From: a virus
Lineage: Duplodnaviria > Caudoviricetes
IMG/VR virus record: IMGVR_UViG_3300031802_000304
Coordinates: 1 to 32,969 of that record
Length of the DNA: 32,969 bases
Direction: 5' to 3' (one strand)
Each line of letters begins with the position of its first letter. Position 1 is the stretch's first letter. Made by a program: the position numbers and the translations under genes. Shown here piece after piece: positions 7,618-17,070 of the stretch. The notes beneath the pieces were generated by a model. That model ran no database searches and was not told the DNA's origin. It saw only the letters and a program-made list of their open reading frames with translations.

Positions 7618-8277
7618 ATGCAAAGAAAAAGACACAGAAAAAGCCCACAGCATAAACTTAATTCCCTTGAGGCAAAAACTAATAACCAAAGGTCATACGT
7701 CAGATCTATTATAGATAATGACGTTACTATATGCATAGGCCCTGCTGGTACAGGAAAATCATTTGTAGCTGCTGGGATAGCAGCGGAACATCTTCACAAG
7801 AAAAAAATCGAGCAGATAATAGTAACAAGGCCCTTGGTGTGTGCAGGCACTGATATCGGTTCAATGCCGGGAGATGTGAATGACAAGATAAAGCCTTACC
7901 TTATGCCTATGGAAGAGAATTTGAAGTTCTTCCTTAGTCAATCTTACTATGGGGCGCTTCTTAACCAAGGCAAGATAAGATACGAGCCGCTGGAGACCAT
8001 GAGAGGAGCCACTTTTCATCAATCATGCATGATATTAGACGAGGCGCAAAACTGCACACTCGATCAAATAAAAATGTTTATCACAAGGATGGGAGAAGAC
8101 TCTAAGGTCATCATAAATGGAGATGTAAAACAAACAGATATAAGTAACAGGAGCGGACTCCAATCTTGTATCGACAAGCTGGATAGAATCTCTGGGGTCG
8201 GGGTTGTAGAACTTGACTATATCGACATACAAAGGCATTCCATAGTTGGAGCTATACTTGCCGCACTTGAACAGTAA
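7618..8277 (+). CDS. phoH: PhoH-family ATPase
   Basis: GPAGTGKS Walker A, TRP, MRGATF, ILDEAQN, TRMGE, GDVKQTD, RH. ATG 7618 was preferred over GTG 7606 on AAGGT RBS spacing. Confidence 0.95.
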   Translation: MQRKRHRKSPQHKLNSLEAKTNNQRSYVRSIIDNDVTICIGPAGTGKSFVAAGIAAEHLHKKKIEQIIVTRPLVCAGTDIGSMPGDVNDKIKPYLMPMEENLKFFLSQSYYGALLNQGKIRYEPLETMRGATFHQSCMILDEAQNCTLDQIKMFITRMGEDSKVIINGDVKQTDISNRSGLQSCIDKLDRISGVGVVELDYIDIQRHSIVGAILAALEQ

Positions 8278-8285
8278 GGGTTATC

Positions 8286-8618
8286 ATGGACAAGGTGTGC
8301 CGCATACTGTTTTATGCCATGTGGTCTATGATCGGAATTATTTCCGCTCTGGATTTATTTTTGGCCCTACGATTTTTAGATCCGGCTTGTATGGACACTC
8401 TCAGGAGTCAAGAAAAAAACCCAATAGTTGTCAAAATGATTGAACTAAGCGGTGACATGTCCTTCTTTACCATTTGTAAAGTGTTTGGGACACTTACTGC
8501 ACTATTCGTAGTCCGAAAGATATTTCTTCACAACAGGAAGTGGGGGCTATCAATTGTGTCTGGGATGTTTATTTTTCAAGTCTGTTTATTATTTTACCTT
8601 TTGTTTTGGACAGGATAA
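8286..8618 (+). CDS. 3-TM membrane protein, DUF5658-like
   Basis: Three hydrophobic helices with D in TM1, an EKNP motif and K in TM2. Pattern recalled for DUF5658 proteins. Confidence 0.55.
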   Translation: MDKVCRILFYAMWSMIGIISALDLFLALRFLDPACMDTLRSQEKNPIVVKMIELSGDMSFFTICKVFGTLTALFVVRKIFLHNRKWGLSIVSGMFIFQVCLLFYLLFWTG

Positions 8619-8957
8619 ATGCTTTACGACTATATATGTAGCAATTGTAGCCACGAATGGAACGATGTCAAACAATCTATGAAAGATAAACCAAAAAAAA
8701 AGTGTCCAGAGTGTGGCAAACATGCCCTTCAAAGAGTATTATATGGTGGAGCTTACGTGTTTGTCAGCAACGCCAACACTGTGGGTCAACTTGCCGACAG
8801 AAACAGAAAGGATATGGGTCACTATCAAAGGTCGGAGCTAGATGATAAGGCAAAAGAAAAGCTAACAAACACTGATAGCAACAAGGTCACGTCTAGAGAA
8901 ATTAACAAAATGACCACCTCTCAAAAACAAAAATACATAACGGAAGGCCAAAAATGA
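8619..8957 (+). CDS. FmdB-family zinc-ribbon protein
   Basis: MLYDYICSNC...CPECG...LQRV motif. Confidence 0.85.
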   Translation: MLYDYICSNCSHEWNDVKQSMKDKPKKKCPECGKHALQRVLYGGAYVFVSNANTVGQLADRNRKDMGHYQRSELDDKAKEKLTNTDSNKVTSREINKMTTSQKQKYITEGQK

Positions 8958-9292
8958 AGTACGTAGATGATGCGGAACAGGGCCATAGCGATTCACATGT
9001 CGTAGAGAGACTGTTTGATCGAACTGGTGAACCTGTAATTAACAAAAAGGAAAAAAGCTATGCCAAGGTTATAAAAACCACAAGCAGGTCAGGAAGATAT
9101 GAGCATCACTACATAAGGACATACCAAAGTGCTCCATATGATCCTTGGGGAATGCATAGCCACAGAGAGGACTACGTCGAGACCAAGCTGCAAAAGGTGC
9201 AAGCAGAGACTTTCAATTTTTACATGATGTTCTTGAAAACTAGAAACATGCTCTATATGACAAGGGCGCAAAGGAGTTTTATCAATGACTAA
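8954..9292 (+). CDS. Hypothetical phage protein
   Basis: 112-aa ORF coupled by an ATGA overlap upstream and an 8-nt overlap downstream. YDPWG motif. Confidence 0.7.
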   Translation: MKYVDDAEQGHSDSHVVERLFDRTGEPVINKKEKSYAKVIKTTSRSGRYEHHYIRTYQSAPYDPWGMHSHREDYVETKLQKVQAETFNFYMMFLKTRNMLYMTRAQRSFIND

Positions 9293-9614
9293 AAAGGGAC
9301 CACTAGGCACAGCAGAGATTTTTTATGTTACATCGCACTATAAGGAAAAAGAAGTGAGCGAAATTGCTAAAGAGCTAGACCGCCCTTTGGTTACCGTGCA
9401 AAGACAGGTAGATGAGCTTGTTGGCGCAGAACCTCCGAAAACAATCACCAGTGGGAGCTTGATGTCAAGAAGGGAAGGTATCGTAACCATGACAGAGGGT
9501 GCTTCCTCAAGGGCAGACGAAAGAAAAACCAAAACCAGAAAGCCAGCCACGGGGCGGCGTACCACCGAATGCGTTACGAGGACCAGAAATGACTCAGTAC
9601 ACGACAAGCCGTAA
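9285..9614 (+). CDS. Putative HTH DNA-binding protein
   Basis: AAGGAG RBS; VSEIAKELDRPLVTVQR resembles an HTH. Confidence 0.6.
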   Translation: MTKKGPLGTAEIFYVTSHYKEKEVSEIAKELDRPLVTVQRQVDELVGAEPPKTITSGSLMSRREGIVTMTEGASSRADERKTKTRKPATGRRTTECVTRTRNDSVHDKP

Positions 9615-10020
9615 GGAATGGCTTCTAGAGTACAGGAAAGATAAGGAAGCTATCTGGGTGAGGGCGGTCCTGTCTGACGGTGTAGAAATATTCTTCAAGG
9701 ACTATAGCGTTTGGCTTTCCCTGCAAGAAAAATGTGAAAGCGAAAGCCTTTCTGTCTGTACTATCAAGCTTCAGTACAGGTCTCACGTAATAGAAGTTGA
9801 TACCTCAGACGCTGAGGCTGTGTATTTGGTTAGATCTGTCATGGGAGAGTTCGGAGGAAACACTCGCAACTATTACACAATAGGTACTCTACAGGATGGA
9901 GTGGTTTATAAAACAAGATGGCTCGTTCCAGAACTTGAAGCAGAAGAAAAGTCTGAAGAAACACTTGACAATTGCTTTGAAGAAGCTATAATACACAATC
10001 ATGCCCACAAAACAAACTGA
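9589..10020 (+). CDS. Hypothetical phage protein
   Basis: In-frame ATG at 9589 (MTQYTTSRKEW) with a GAGG RBS, inside track ORF 9499..10020. Confidence 0.65.
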   Translation: MTQYTTSRKEWLLEYRKDKEAIWVRAVLSDGVEIFFKDYSVWLSLQEKCESESLSVCTIKLQYRSHVIEVDTSDAEAVYLVRSVMGEFGGNTRNYYTIGTLQDGVVYKTRWLVPELEAEEKSEETLDNCFEEAIIHNHAHKTN

Positions 10021-10453
10021 CCTAAGTCGATACAAGTCTCCCTCTACAGGAGAGTATTGTACCTGCGCACAATATGTCGCTGAGATAGTGTGTAGCAGGG
10101 TTGCTGAAAAAGAGAATGTCGGCACTCAAGCACACAAGTTTTGGAACACGGCGAAGTGGCGTAAGACGTACCAGTACCAAGTAGTTCTTGCCAACCGCCT
10201 CATAAAAAAATACCCAGAGGCTGCGGTTGTCAAGGCTATTCACTCCCCGGAATGTAGACGCATGTATTCGCTTCGGTTTCCACCTCTTGAGACCATTATA
10301 AAGAAATACCAAAAAATCATAGAGCATCAAGTGCAGAATTCAACTACAATAGATGTAAAGGAAAACTCGGTTTCTCGCAAGTCGAGAAGTTATGGTAAAA
10401 AATCTAGGCTACAAAAATTGAGAGAGTTAGATGGCAAAAAAGAAGGTGAATAA
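10001..10453 (+). CDS. Hypothetical basic phage protein
   Basis: 150 aa, Lys/Arg-rich, overlaps neighbours in the operon. Confidence 0.7.
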   Translation: MPTKQTDLSRYKSPSTGEYCTCAQYVAEIVCSRVAEKENVGTQAHKFWNTAKWRKTYQYQVVLANRLIKKYPEAAVVKAIHSPECRRMYSLRFPPLETIIKKYQKIIEHQVQNSTTIDVKENSVSRKSRSYGKKSRLQKLRELDGKKEGE

Positions 10454-11549
10454 ATTTGCAAATGATCCCGTTAGCAATACAGTTATTTCTACCTACGGAG
10501 ATGTAGTAAGACCGGGAAGTGAAGTCCTAGATAATCTAACTAGCCTTGGCGTTCTTAGCATATCCCCAGCGTTAGACATCGCACTCGGTGGTGGTATTCG
10601 AGAGGGCAGTTGCGTAGTCATGTCTGGAGACCCCAAGACGGGGAAAACTACCACCGCTTTACATTTTGCTGCTAAATGTCAAAAGATAGGCAAGAAAGTA
10701 ATCTACGTAAACACCGAGGGTAGACTGGCCATTCAAAACTTTGAGGGTATCCAGTCTCTCGACATAGAGAATATCATAGTGGTTGAATCCACCGACGACA
10801 GAGTTCTGTCGGCGGAGGACTACCTAAACATAATTGAATATTATATCAACAACGATCCTGAGTGTGTTATTATTGTTGACTCGGTGTCCAGCATGGTTCC
10901 TAAAGATGAGCTTGAGGGACTTATCAGAACTGGTGTTAGAAATGCTCTGCCGAGACTTCTTTCCATGTTCCTTAAGAGGATTGGTGGTCAGGTAACAAAG
11001 AATAAAACCGTCGCTTTGTTCATCCTGCATAATATTGCCAACACGGGTGGAAGTAGATGGGCACCGGCCAAGATGACGGATGGCGGCAACATGATTCAGT
11101 ATCAAGCTGGAACAAACATCGCAATTACCCACAGAGGTAGATGGCAGATACCAAAAGAAACTGGGCCTCATGTGGGGCAGATTGCCAACTGGAAAGTATT
11201 GACATCTAATGTTGGCGGAAGACCTAATTCAACGGCAGAAGGTTGGATAAGGTATGGCATTGGGGTGGACGAAACCCAAGAAGTTGTACAGATAGCTTGC
11301 GAGTTCAGGCTTATCAAAAGCGCTGGAGCTTGGTACACTATAGCCTGTGCATTAGAAGAAAAAGACCATCCGGCAATAGCAGAAGTTCTGAAAGACAACG
11401 GCGTCCCCGACTCAGAAGAAGAGATAGAAAAGTTTTTCAAGTTTCAAGGCGTAAACAATTTGTCAGACTTTCTTGTGGCAAACCAAAAAGTGTGCGACTT
11501 TGTTTACAGTAGAATTAAGGACTTATTCAGTGAAGGCGATAGGATTTAG
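10431..11549 (+). CDS. recA: RecA/UvsX-like recombinase (divergent)
   Basis: SPALDIALGGGI, Walker A GDPKTGKTT, YVNTEG, Walker B VIIVDSVS, VPKDELEG, GGN, KSAGAWY. Confidence 0.88.
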   Translation: MAKKKVNKFANDPVSNTVISTYGDVVRPGSEVLDNLTSLGVLSISPALDIALGGGIREGSCVVMSGDPKTGKTTTALHFAAKCQKIGKKVIYVNTEGRLAIQNFEGIQSLDIENIIVVESTDDRVLSAEDYLNIIEYYINNDPECVIIVDSVSSMVPKDELEGLIRTGVRNALPRLLSMFLKRIGGQVTKNKTVALFILHNIANTGGSRWAPAKMTDGGNMIQYQAGTNIAITHRGRWQIPKETGPHVGQIANWKVLTSNVGGRPNSTAEGWIRYGIGVDETQEVVQIACEFRLIKSAGAWYTIACALEEKDHPAIAEVLKDNGVPDSEEEIEKFFKFQGVNNLSDFLVANQKVCDFVYSRIKDLFSEGDRI

Positions 11550-11955
11550 TGGAAGAGAATATACTTGGAATTTGAACAGGTACGATATATATGCAGATGA
11601 CACCAGAAAAAAATCTAAACACCACTTACGAGCCAGAAGAATACTCAAAGAAAGATACGGGGGCAGCTACAGGATACTTGAAGAAGTCAAGTTGCCCGGA
11701 AGCACCTTACCTTACAGAAAGTCTGTTCTGTATCTGGACTTCTTCATTCCTGTTATCAAGGTTGGGATAGAAGTACATGGTAAGCAGCATTACGAGTTCA
11801 CCCCATTCTTCCACAAGCATATGACCGACTATCTCTTGGCAATGAACAGGGATGATGACAAGGCTAATTGGTGCGAATTGAATAACATTAAATTGATAGT
11901 TCTCAAATACTCGGATAGCGATAATGAATGGCGAAACTCAATTAACGGCGTCTGA
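11530..11955 (+). CDS. DUF559/Vsr-like PD-(D/E)XK endonuclease
   Basis: LEEV...YLDFFIP..IGIEVHGKQHY...D..K..WC..NNI.LI pattern. Probable GTG start at 11530. Confidence 0.75.
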   Translation: MKAIGFSGREYTWNLNRYDIYADDTRKKSKHHLRARRILKERYGGSYRILEEVKLPGSTLPYRKSVLYLDFFIPVIKVGIEVHGKQHYEFTPFFHKHMTDYLLAMNRDDDKANWCELNNIKLIVLKYSDSDNEWRNSINGV

Positions 11956-12400
11956 ACGCCTAGCTAAACATATAGAACAGATAGACAACTACCTAGACTT
12001 GTCCAACGTTAGGTTCTCTGCATTCAGAGAAGAATTTTTGGATACAGCCAACATGCCTCAAGAAAGGATACAAGCCCTAGCCCAGCAAGAGCTTTTCGAT
12101 CATGCATACGTTCTCTATGGTTACTCATCTTACGTACAAGATGAAATCAACAAAAACAAAGTAGTGCTAGACTGGTGCAATGACCAGATAGAAAAAATAG
12201 TAGTTGGAAATCTGCACAGATTTGACCAATACACTAAGCACGAAGTTAAAAGGCAGAGTATAATAAGAGAGAATAGCTATGCTGCTAAGTGTGACCAGAT
12301 GAGAGGCATTGCCGAAGCTAGGCTTCAGTCACTTGAAGGTAAGGTTTACGAACTCAAAAGAAAAGGCGATATACTGCTCGAAAAGGGAAAAAGATTATGA
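11924..12400 (+). CDS. Helical/coiled-coil hypothetical protein (possible UvsY-like recombination mediator)
   Basis: 158-aa all-helical-looking sequence just downstream of the recombinase. The function is inferred from context only. Confidence 0.5.
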   Translation: MNGETQLTASERLAKHIEQIDNYLDLSNVRFSAFREEFLDTANMPQERIQALAQQELFDHAYVLYGYSSYVQDEINKNKVVLDWCNDQIEKIVVGNLHRFDQYTKHEVKRQSIIRENSYAAKCDQMRGIAEARLQSLEGKVYELKRKGDILLEKGKRL

Positions 12401-12771
12401 GTGCTATGGAAGAATTCTTCTCGTCTCTTGACCAAGAACAAAGGGATAACTTTAAAAGGCTATTGGAAAATGAAAATACAGTAGACAAACAAGAAGACAC
12501 ACCCACGGTCAATGAAGACTTCGTGGTTGATAACAGAACTAGAACAACTAATACAGGGAGAACAAAGGTGAAGGCTGGCAAAAAAAATGAATGGGTTGAT
12601 ACTGGAGAATTTAAAGATGTAGAAACCCCAGATGGAGAAAGAACTCCTAGGCTGAGAAAGAAACCCAAAAAGACAACAGTCGAGTGCCATATCTGTGGTA
12701 AAGAATTCAAGGCTGACCCCAGATACCTAAGCGGCGTATATCATAGATGCAACCGTTGCGTCGGAAGGTAA
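12397..12771 (+). CDS. Hypothetical protein with C-terminal zinc ribbon
   Basis: CHICG...CNRC motifs; ATGA overlap. Confidence 0.7.
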   Translation: MSAMEEFFSSLDQEQRDNFKRLLENENTVDKQEDTPTVNEDFVVDNRTRTTNTGRTKVKAGKKNEWVDTGEFKDVETPDGERTPRLRKKPKKTTVECHICGKEFKADPRYLSGVYHRCNRCVGR

Positions 12772-12777
12772 AGCGGA

Positions 12778-14256
12778 ATGAACTCCCATTTGTCTGACAT
12801 TGGGGCTGAGCGGGCCGTACTGGCTGGCTTGTTTAACTTCGGCCTTGATGCGTATGTTGAAATATCTGACGTTATTGATCACAACACCTTTGCCCACTCT
12901 AACAATCAAATTCTGTACAAGTGTGTATCAAGAATTCTGGAAGGTGGATCAGAGGTTGATGTTCCTTCCATACTCTCAGCAGCCTCCCAGCTAAATTTTT
13001 CTGAAACCATCAACAGCCAACAAGAGCTTCAGTATATCAAGTCTCTTTTCGATTTTCCTGTTAAGCGGGAAAACGTCAGCAGCTTTGCGGTTCAGATAAA
13101 AAAGTTTGAGATGGCTAGGCGTATTAGATCGCTAACCAATAAAATTGGGAAGGATATAGATGGAGTCAATGGTTCCGAATCTGTAGATGAAATACTTGCC
13201 ATAGTAGAAAATCCTCTTGTTGATTTTTTGCGAGAAGATGATGGTGGAGAAAAGCCGGAAAAAATTGGCTCCGATATCCACGAGTACGTTGAGTTTTTAA
13301 AGGAAAATAAATGTGATATCGTTGGAATATCTACTGGGTTTCCTAGATTCGATGCGTCAATTGGAGGAGGTCTTCGGAGAAAGTGTGTAGATCTGGTTTC
13401 TGCTAGACCCAAGGTGGGGAAGAGTGTGTTTGCAGACAATGTAGCTGTCCACATCGCTTCTGAAGGCATACCTGTATTAATGCTGGACACTGAGATGTCC
13501 AAAGAGGACCACCTGAATCGCATCTTGGCCAACATGAGCGGAGTGCCTATAAATGAAATAGCAACAGGTCAATTTGCAGACGATGACGACAAGCTAGCAA
13601 AGATAGAGGAAGCTGTCAACAAGGTAGAGTCAATACCATATAGCTATACTTCTGTGGCCGGTAAGCCTTTTGAGCAGATAGTTAATCTCATCAAAAGATG
13701 GTTGATGCAAGAGGTGGGCACAGACGAGAATGGTAATACCAATGATTGTGTAGTCGTATATGATTACCTGAAGCTCATGTCCTCTGATTCTATCACCTAC
13801 AACGTACAGGAATATCAAGCCTTGGGTTTTCAAATCACCGCCCTTCACAACCTGTGTGTTAAATATGATTTCCCATGTCTAGCCTTTGTTCAACTTAACA
13901 GAGACGGTATTACCAAAGAAAGTACAGATACAGTAAGCGGATCTGATAGATTGATCTGGCTTTGTACGTCCTTTAGTATATTTAAGAAGAAGTCTCCAGA
14001 AGAACTGGCAGAAGATGGCCCCAGTGCTGGAAACAGAAAGCTGGTTCCTGTCGTAGCAAGGCACGGGGCCGGTCTAGATGATGGCGATTATATCAACATG
14101 GACATGCTGGGAGAATATGCCAAATTAAACGAATTGAGAACCAGAAACGAACTGCGAAAACAGCCCGATGGGGATACTGGATTAATTGATAGTTCCGGTC
14201 TAGAAGATATTGCAAATGATGAACTTGAAGAAAATAAAGTCGATGCTCTTCCGTGA
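12778..14256 (+). CDS. dnaB: Replicative DNA helicase (DnaB family)
   Basis: AERAVLAGL N-terminal domain, GISTGF, ARPKVGKS Walker A, DTEMS, VYDYLKLM, QLNR, ARHG. Confidence 0.93.
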   Translation: MNSHLSDIGAERAVLAGLFNFGLDAYVEISDVIDHNTFAHSNNQILYKCVSRILEGGSEVDVPSILSAASQLNFSETINSQQELQYIKSLFDFPVKRENVSSFAVQIKKFEMARRIRSLTNKIGKDIDGVNGSESVDEILAIVENPLVDFLREDDGGEKPEKIGSDIHEYVEFLKENKCDIVGISTGFPRFDASIGGGLRRKCVDLVSARPKVGKSVFADNVAVHIASEGIPVLMLDTEMSKEDHLNRILANMSGVPINEIATGQFADDDDKLAKIEEAVNKVESIPYSYTSVAGKPFEQIVNLIKRWLMQEVGTDENGNTNDCVVVYDYLKLMSSDSITYNVQEYQALGFQITALHNLCVKYDFPCLAFVQLNRDGITKESTDTVSGSDRLIWLCTSFSIFKKKSPEELAEDGPSAGNRKLVPVVARHGAGLDDGDYINMDMLGEYAKLNELRTRNELRKQPDGDTGLIDSSGLEDIANDELEENKVDALP

Positions 14257-15241
14257 TATAGAGTTGGTACTCAACAATCTAGACATGGAGTACGAGATGC
14301 TGGGAGACAATATATATTCTACCTGTCCCATACACGAGGGCAGCGACAATCAGCGTGCATTTTCTTTATCAGTAGATAAGCAGATATGGAGATGCTGGAC
14401 TAGGGATTGTCAAGAAGAGCATGGGAATGATATTTTTGGCCTGATCCAAGGCATCCTGTCAAGTAAAAGCGGAAGTGACAAGGCTTTTAAAGATGCATTA
14501 GCGTGGGCGTGTAGGATTTTAAACATAGATCGTAATAGTATTACAGTAACCAAAAGTGTTGAGCCTGACGAATTTGTTAAGCTGGTCGATATATTTTCTC
14601 ACAGTTCTGTCCAGCATTCAGGCTCCGCTACGCCTATAATAAAGAAAGGGCGTAACTTAATACATCCATCTGAATATTTTACAGGTAGAGGATTCAAGGA
14701 AGACACGCTACTCAACTTTGGCATAGGCGACTGTACAGACAGGCAATCTCCAATGTATCAGAGGGCAGTTGTTCCCATTCACAACGATGTCGGTTCTGAT
14801 ATTGTGGCCTATATCGGAAGGTCTGTCAAGGAGTATCGAAAACCTAAGTTTTTATTCACCAAGGGTTTTGACAAGCGATATTTTTTATACAATTACCATA
14901 GGGCAATTCCCACAGCTTCTGAAAAATCCTGCCTGTTCATTACCGAGGGACAAGGAGATGTATGGAAACTATTTGAGGCCGGTGTACACAACGCTGTAAG
15001 CATTTTTGGCAAATCATTAACTGTTCAACAGAAAAACAAGCTACTGCAAAGTGGACTTACTACCTTAGTTATCCTCACTGACAACGATCAGGCTGGCAGG
15101 GAATCCAAAACAGAGATACAAAGACAATTAGGAAGAATGTTTAAGCTAATTTTTCCAATCATGTCTCATAAGGATATAGGCGAGATGTCAGTAGATCAGA
15201 TTAATTCAGACATATTATCGCAAGTAAAGGATAGATTTTAA
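14216..15241 (+). CDS. dnaG: DNA primase (CHC2 zinc finger + TOPRIM)
   Basis: CPIH...CWTRDC zinc-binding domain, GR, KFL, TEGQGDV, DNDQAG. Confidence 0.9.
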   Translation: MMNLKKIKSMLFRDIELVLNNLDMEYEMLGDNIYSTCPIHEGSDNQRAFSLSVDKQIWRCWTRDCQEEHGNDIFGLIQGILSSKSGSDKAFKDALAWACRILNIDRNSITVTKSVEPDEFVKLVDIFSHSSVQHSGSATPIIKKGRNLIHPSEYFTGRGFKEDTLLNFGIGDCTDRQSPMYQRAVVPIHNDVGSDIVAYIGRSVKEYRKPKFLFTKGFDKRYFLYNYHRAIPTASEKSCLFITEGQGDVWKLFEAGVHNAVSIFGKSLTVQQKNKLLQSGLTTLVILTDNDQAGRESKTEIQRQLGRMFKLIFPIMSHKDIGEMSVDQINSDILSQVKDRF

Positions 15242-16014
15242 TGTTCAAGATACTAGGAATATCAGGAAAGAAACAGTCAGGAAAAAACACGATGGCCAAT
15301 TATATTCAGGGAACCATTCTCCGTGGATTAGATATGGTACAAGATTTTTCTATTATAGAGGGCGGTCACCTATCAGTTCTAACCTCCTCCCAAGATGGAA
15401 CATCCGGGTGGGGGATATTTGACACAAACAGAAACGACACACAATTTGTTGAGTATGCACACCACCACCTGTGGCCCCATGTAAAAATGTATAGTTTTGC
15501 TGGTGGTTTAAAAAGCATTTGTGTTGAATTCTTTGGTCTTACACCAGAACAGGTTTATGGTACAGACGAGCAGAAAAATACAGAAACACACATGCTATGG
15601 AAGGACATGCCATCTACATCAGACTCCCGCTGGATGGTAAATGCTGGAGCCAATAGAAGCCCTAACATGACAGCCAGAGAGTTTATGCAATACTTTGGTA
15701 CGGACATCATGCGTCGAATGTATGAGCCAGTACATGTGAATCATACCATCAACAGAATACTGTCAGAACAATCGGAACTGGCAATAGTTCCAGACGTGAG
15801 ATTTCCCAACGAGGTTAAAGCTATTCAAGATGTTGGGGGCAAGGTTGTCAGATTGGCCCGCGATACTAAAGAAGATTCCCACTCCAGCGAATGCTGCTTA
15901 GATGAAGACAATTTTGACTGGAATAATTTTGATGCTGTAGTACACAACACTGGTTCTTTGGACAATTCTCTGCGAGATTTTGGTAAATCTTGTTCATCTT
16001 TCTTTCTAGGATAA
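15241..16014 (+). CDS. Phage deoxynucleoside monophosphate kinase
   Basis: GISGKKQSGKNT P-loop, SFA..LK, REFMQYFGTD, DVRFPNE, HSSE: motif set of phage dNMP kinases. Confidence 0.88.
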   Translation: MFKILGISGKKQSGKNTMANYIQGTILRGLDMVQDFSIIEGGHLSVLTSSQDGTSGWGIFDTNRNDTQFVEYAHHHLWPHVKMYSFAGGLKSICVEFFGLTPEQVYGTDEQKNTETHMLWKDMPSTSDSRWMVNAGANRSPNMTAREFMQYFGTDIMRRMYEPVHVNHTINRILSEQSELAIVPDVRFPNEVKAIQDVGGKVVRLARDTKEDSHSSECCLDEDNFDWNNFDAVVHNTGSLDNSLRDFGKSCSSFFLG

Positions 16015-16017
16015 CCT

Positions 16018-17040
16018 ATGTTAGTCACATATATAAGAAGTTCCAGCTATAATAATTACTCCTTCTGCCAGATGCAATATTTTCTAACATATGTTCTGGG
16101 ATACCAGACGGATAGCGGCAAGAAGGCAGAGCTTGGAACCATAGTCCACAAAACCATGGAAGTTCTTGCCTCCCTCAAAAAGTTTGCACAGGACAACCCC
16201 AAAAGAAAATACCTCAAGATAGAGGATGACGCCTTGGGAGAGGTTAAGGTTCACATTGACCAGTTCATGGAGGACTTTTGTGTAGCTGGATTTTCTGATA
16301 GAAGTTTTGATTATTATACCAGTAAGTCCAAAAATAAATTCTCAAAGAGCGATAGGGCTACATGTCTGAATTTAACTTGGGACGCTCTCCAATATAATGA
16401 AGGTCAATTTGACCCAAGAAACAGGAACGTCGTTGCTTCTGAGCCTCATTTTGATATCGAAATAGAGGAGGAGTGGGCAAAATATGAATATGAGATGCCC
16501 AACGGGGAAAAAATTTCTGGAAATCTTGCCATAAAAGGGACTATAGACCTTGTAACTGAGACAGATAATGGTATAATTGAGGTGGTGGACTGGAAAACGG
16601 GAAGGCGGCTGGACTGGGTAACTGGGCAGGAGAAGACTTATGAAAAGTTACAGGTAGATCCCCAGCTACTTTTGTATAATTATGCCATATCCAAGACTTT
16701 TCCTAAATATGATCAGTCAATAATGTCTATCTTCTATATAAAGGACGGTGGGCCGTTCTCAATGTGCTTTGACAAGAAAGACGAAGCAGACTTCTTAGAG
16801 ATGCTTAGAAAAACATTCGAGTCTATCAAGGCTAACAACTCTCCCAGACCACTCTCCTATGATAGGAGCCACTGGAAATGCACCAAGCTGTGCCATTATT
16901 TTAAAAATAATTGGCCGGGAACAGACAAGAACATGTGTATATATATAGAGGAGCACCTCAAAGAGCACGGCATGGACAAGACAGTTCAAGAATGTACAAA
17001 GAAGGGCTTTAGTATTGGATACTATAACGCTCCGGGTTAA
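16018..17040 (+). CDS. PD-(D/E)XK exonuclease, Cas4/AddB-like, with putative Fe-S Cys staple
   Basis: N-terminal Cys (FCQMQY), GTIVH, E, GTIDL, VDWKTG, QL..Y, and C-terminal CTKLC...C. Confidence 0.85.
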   Translation: MLVTYIRSSSYNNYSFCQMQYFLTYVLGYQTDSGKKAELGTIVHKTMEVLASLKKFAQDNPKRKYLKIEDDALGEVKVHIDQFMEDFCVAGFSDRSFDYYTSKSKNKFSKSDRATCLNLTWDALQYNEGQFDPRNRNVVASEPHFDIEIEEEWAKYEYEMPNGEKISGNLAIKGTIDLVTETDNGIIEVVDWKTGRRLDWVTGQEKTYEKLQVDPQLLLYNYAISKTFPKYDQSIMSIFYIKDGGPFSMCFDKKDEADFLEMLRKTFESIKANNSPRPLSYDRSHWKCTKLCHYFKNNWPGTDKNMCIYIEEHLKEHGMDKTVQECTKKGFSIGYYNAPG

Positions 17041-17070
17041 CAACGTCAACGGGTTTTTAAGGAGGGAGTT

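Noticed and set aside
16018-17040. Cas4-like gene as evidence of a CRISPR-Cas system
   Set aside because: No repeat-spacer array or other cas genes are present. Stand-alone Cas4-like nucleases are common in phage replication modules.
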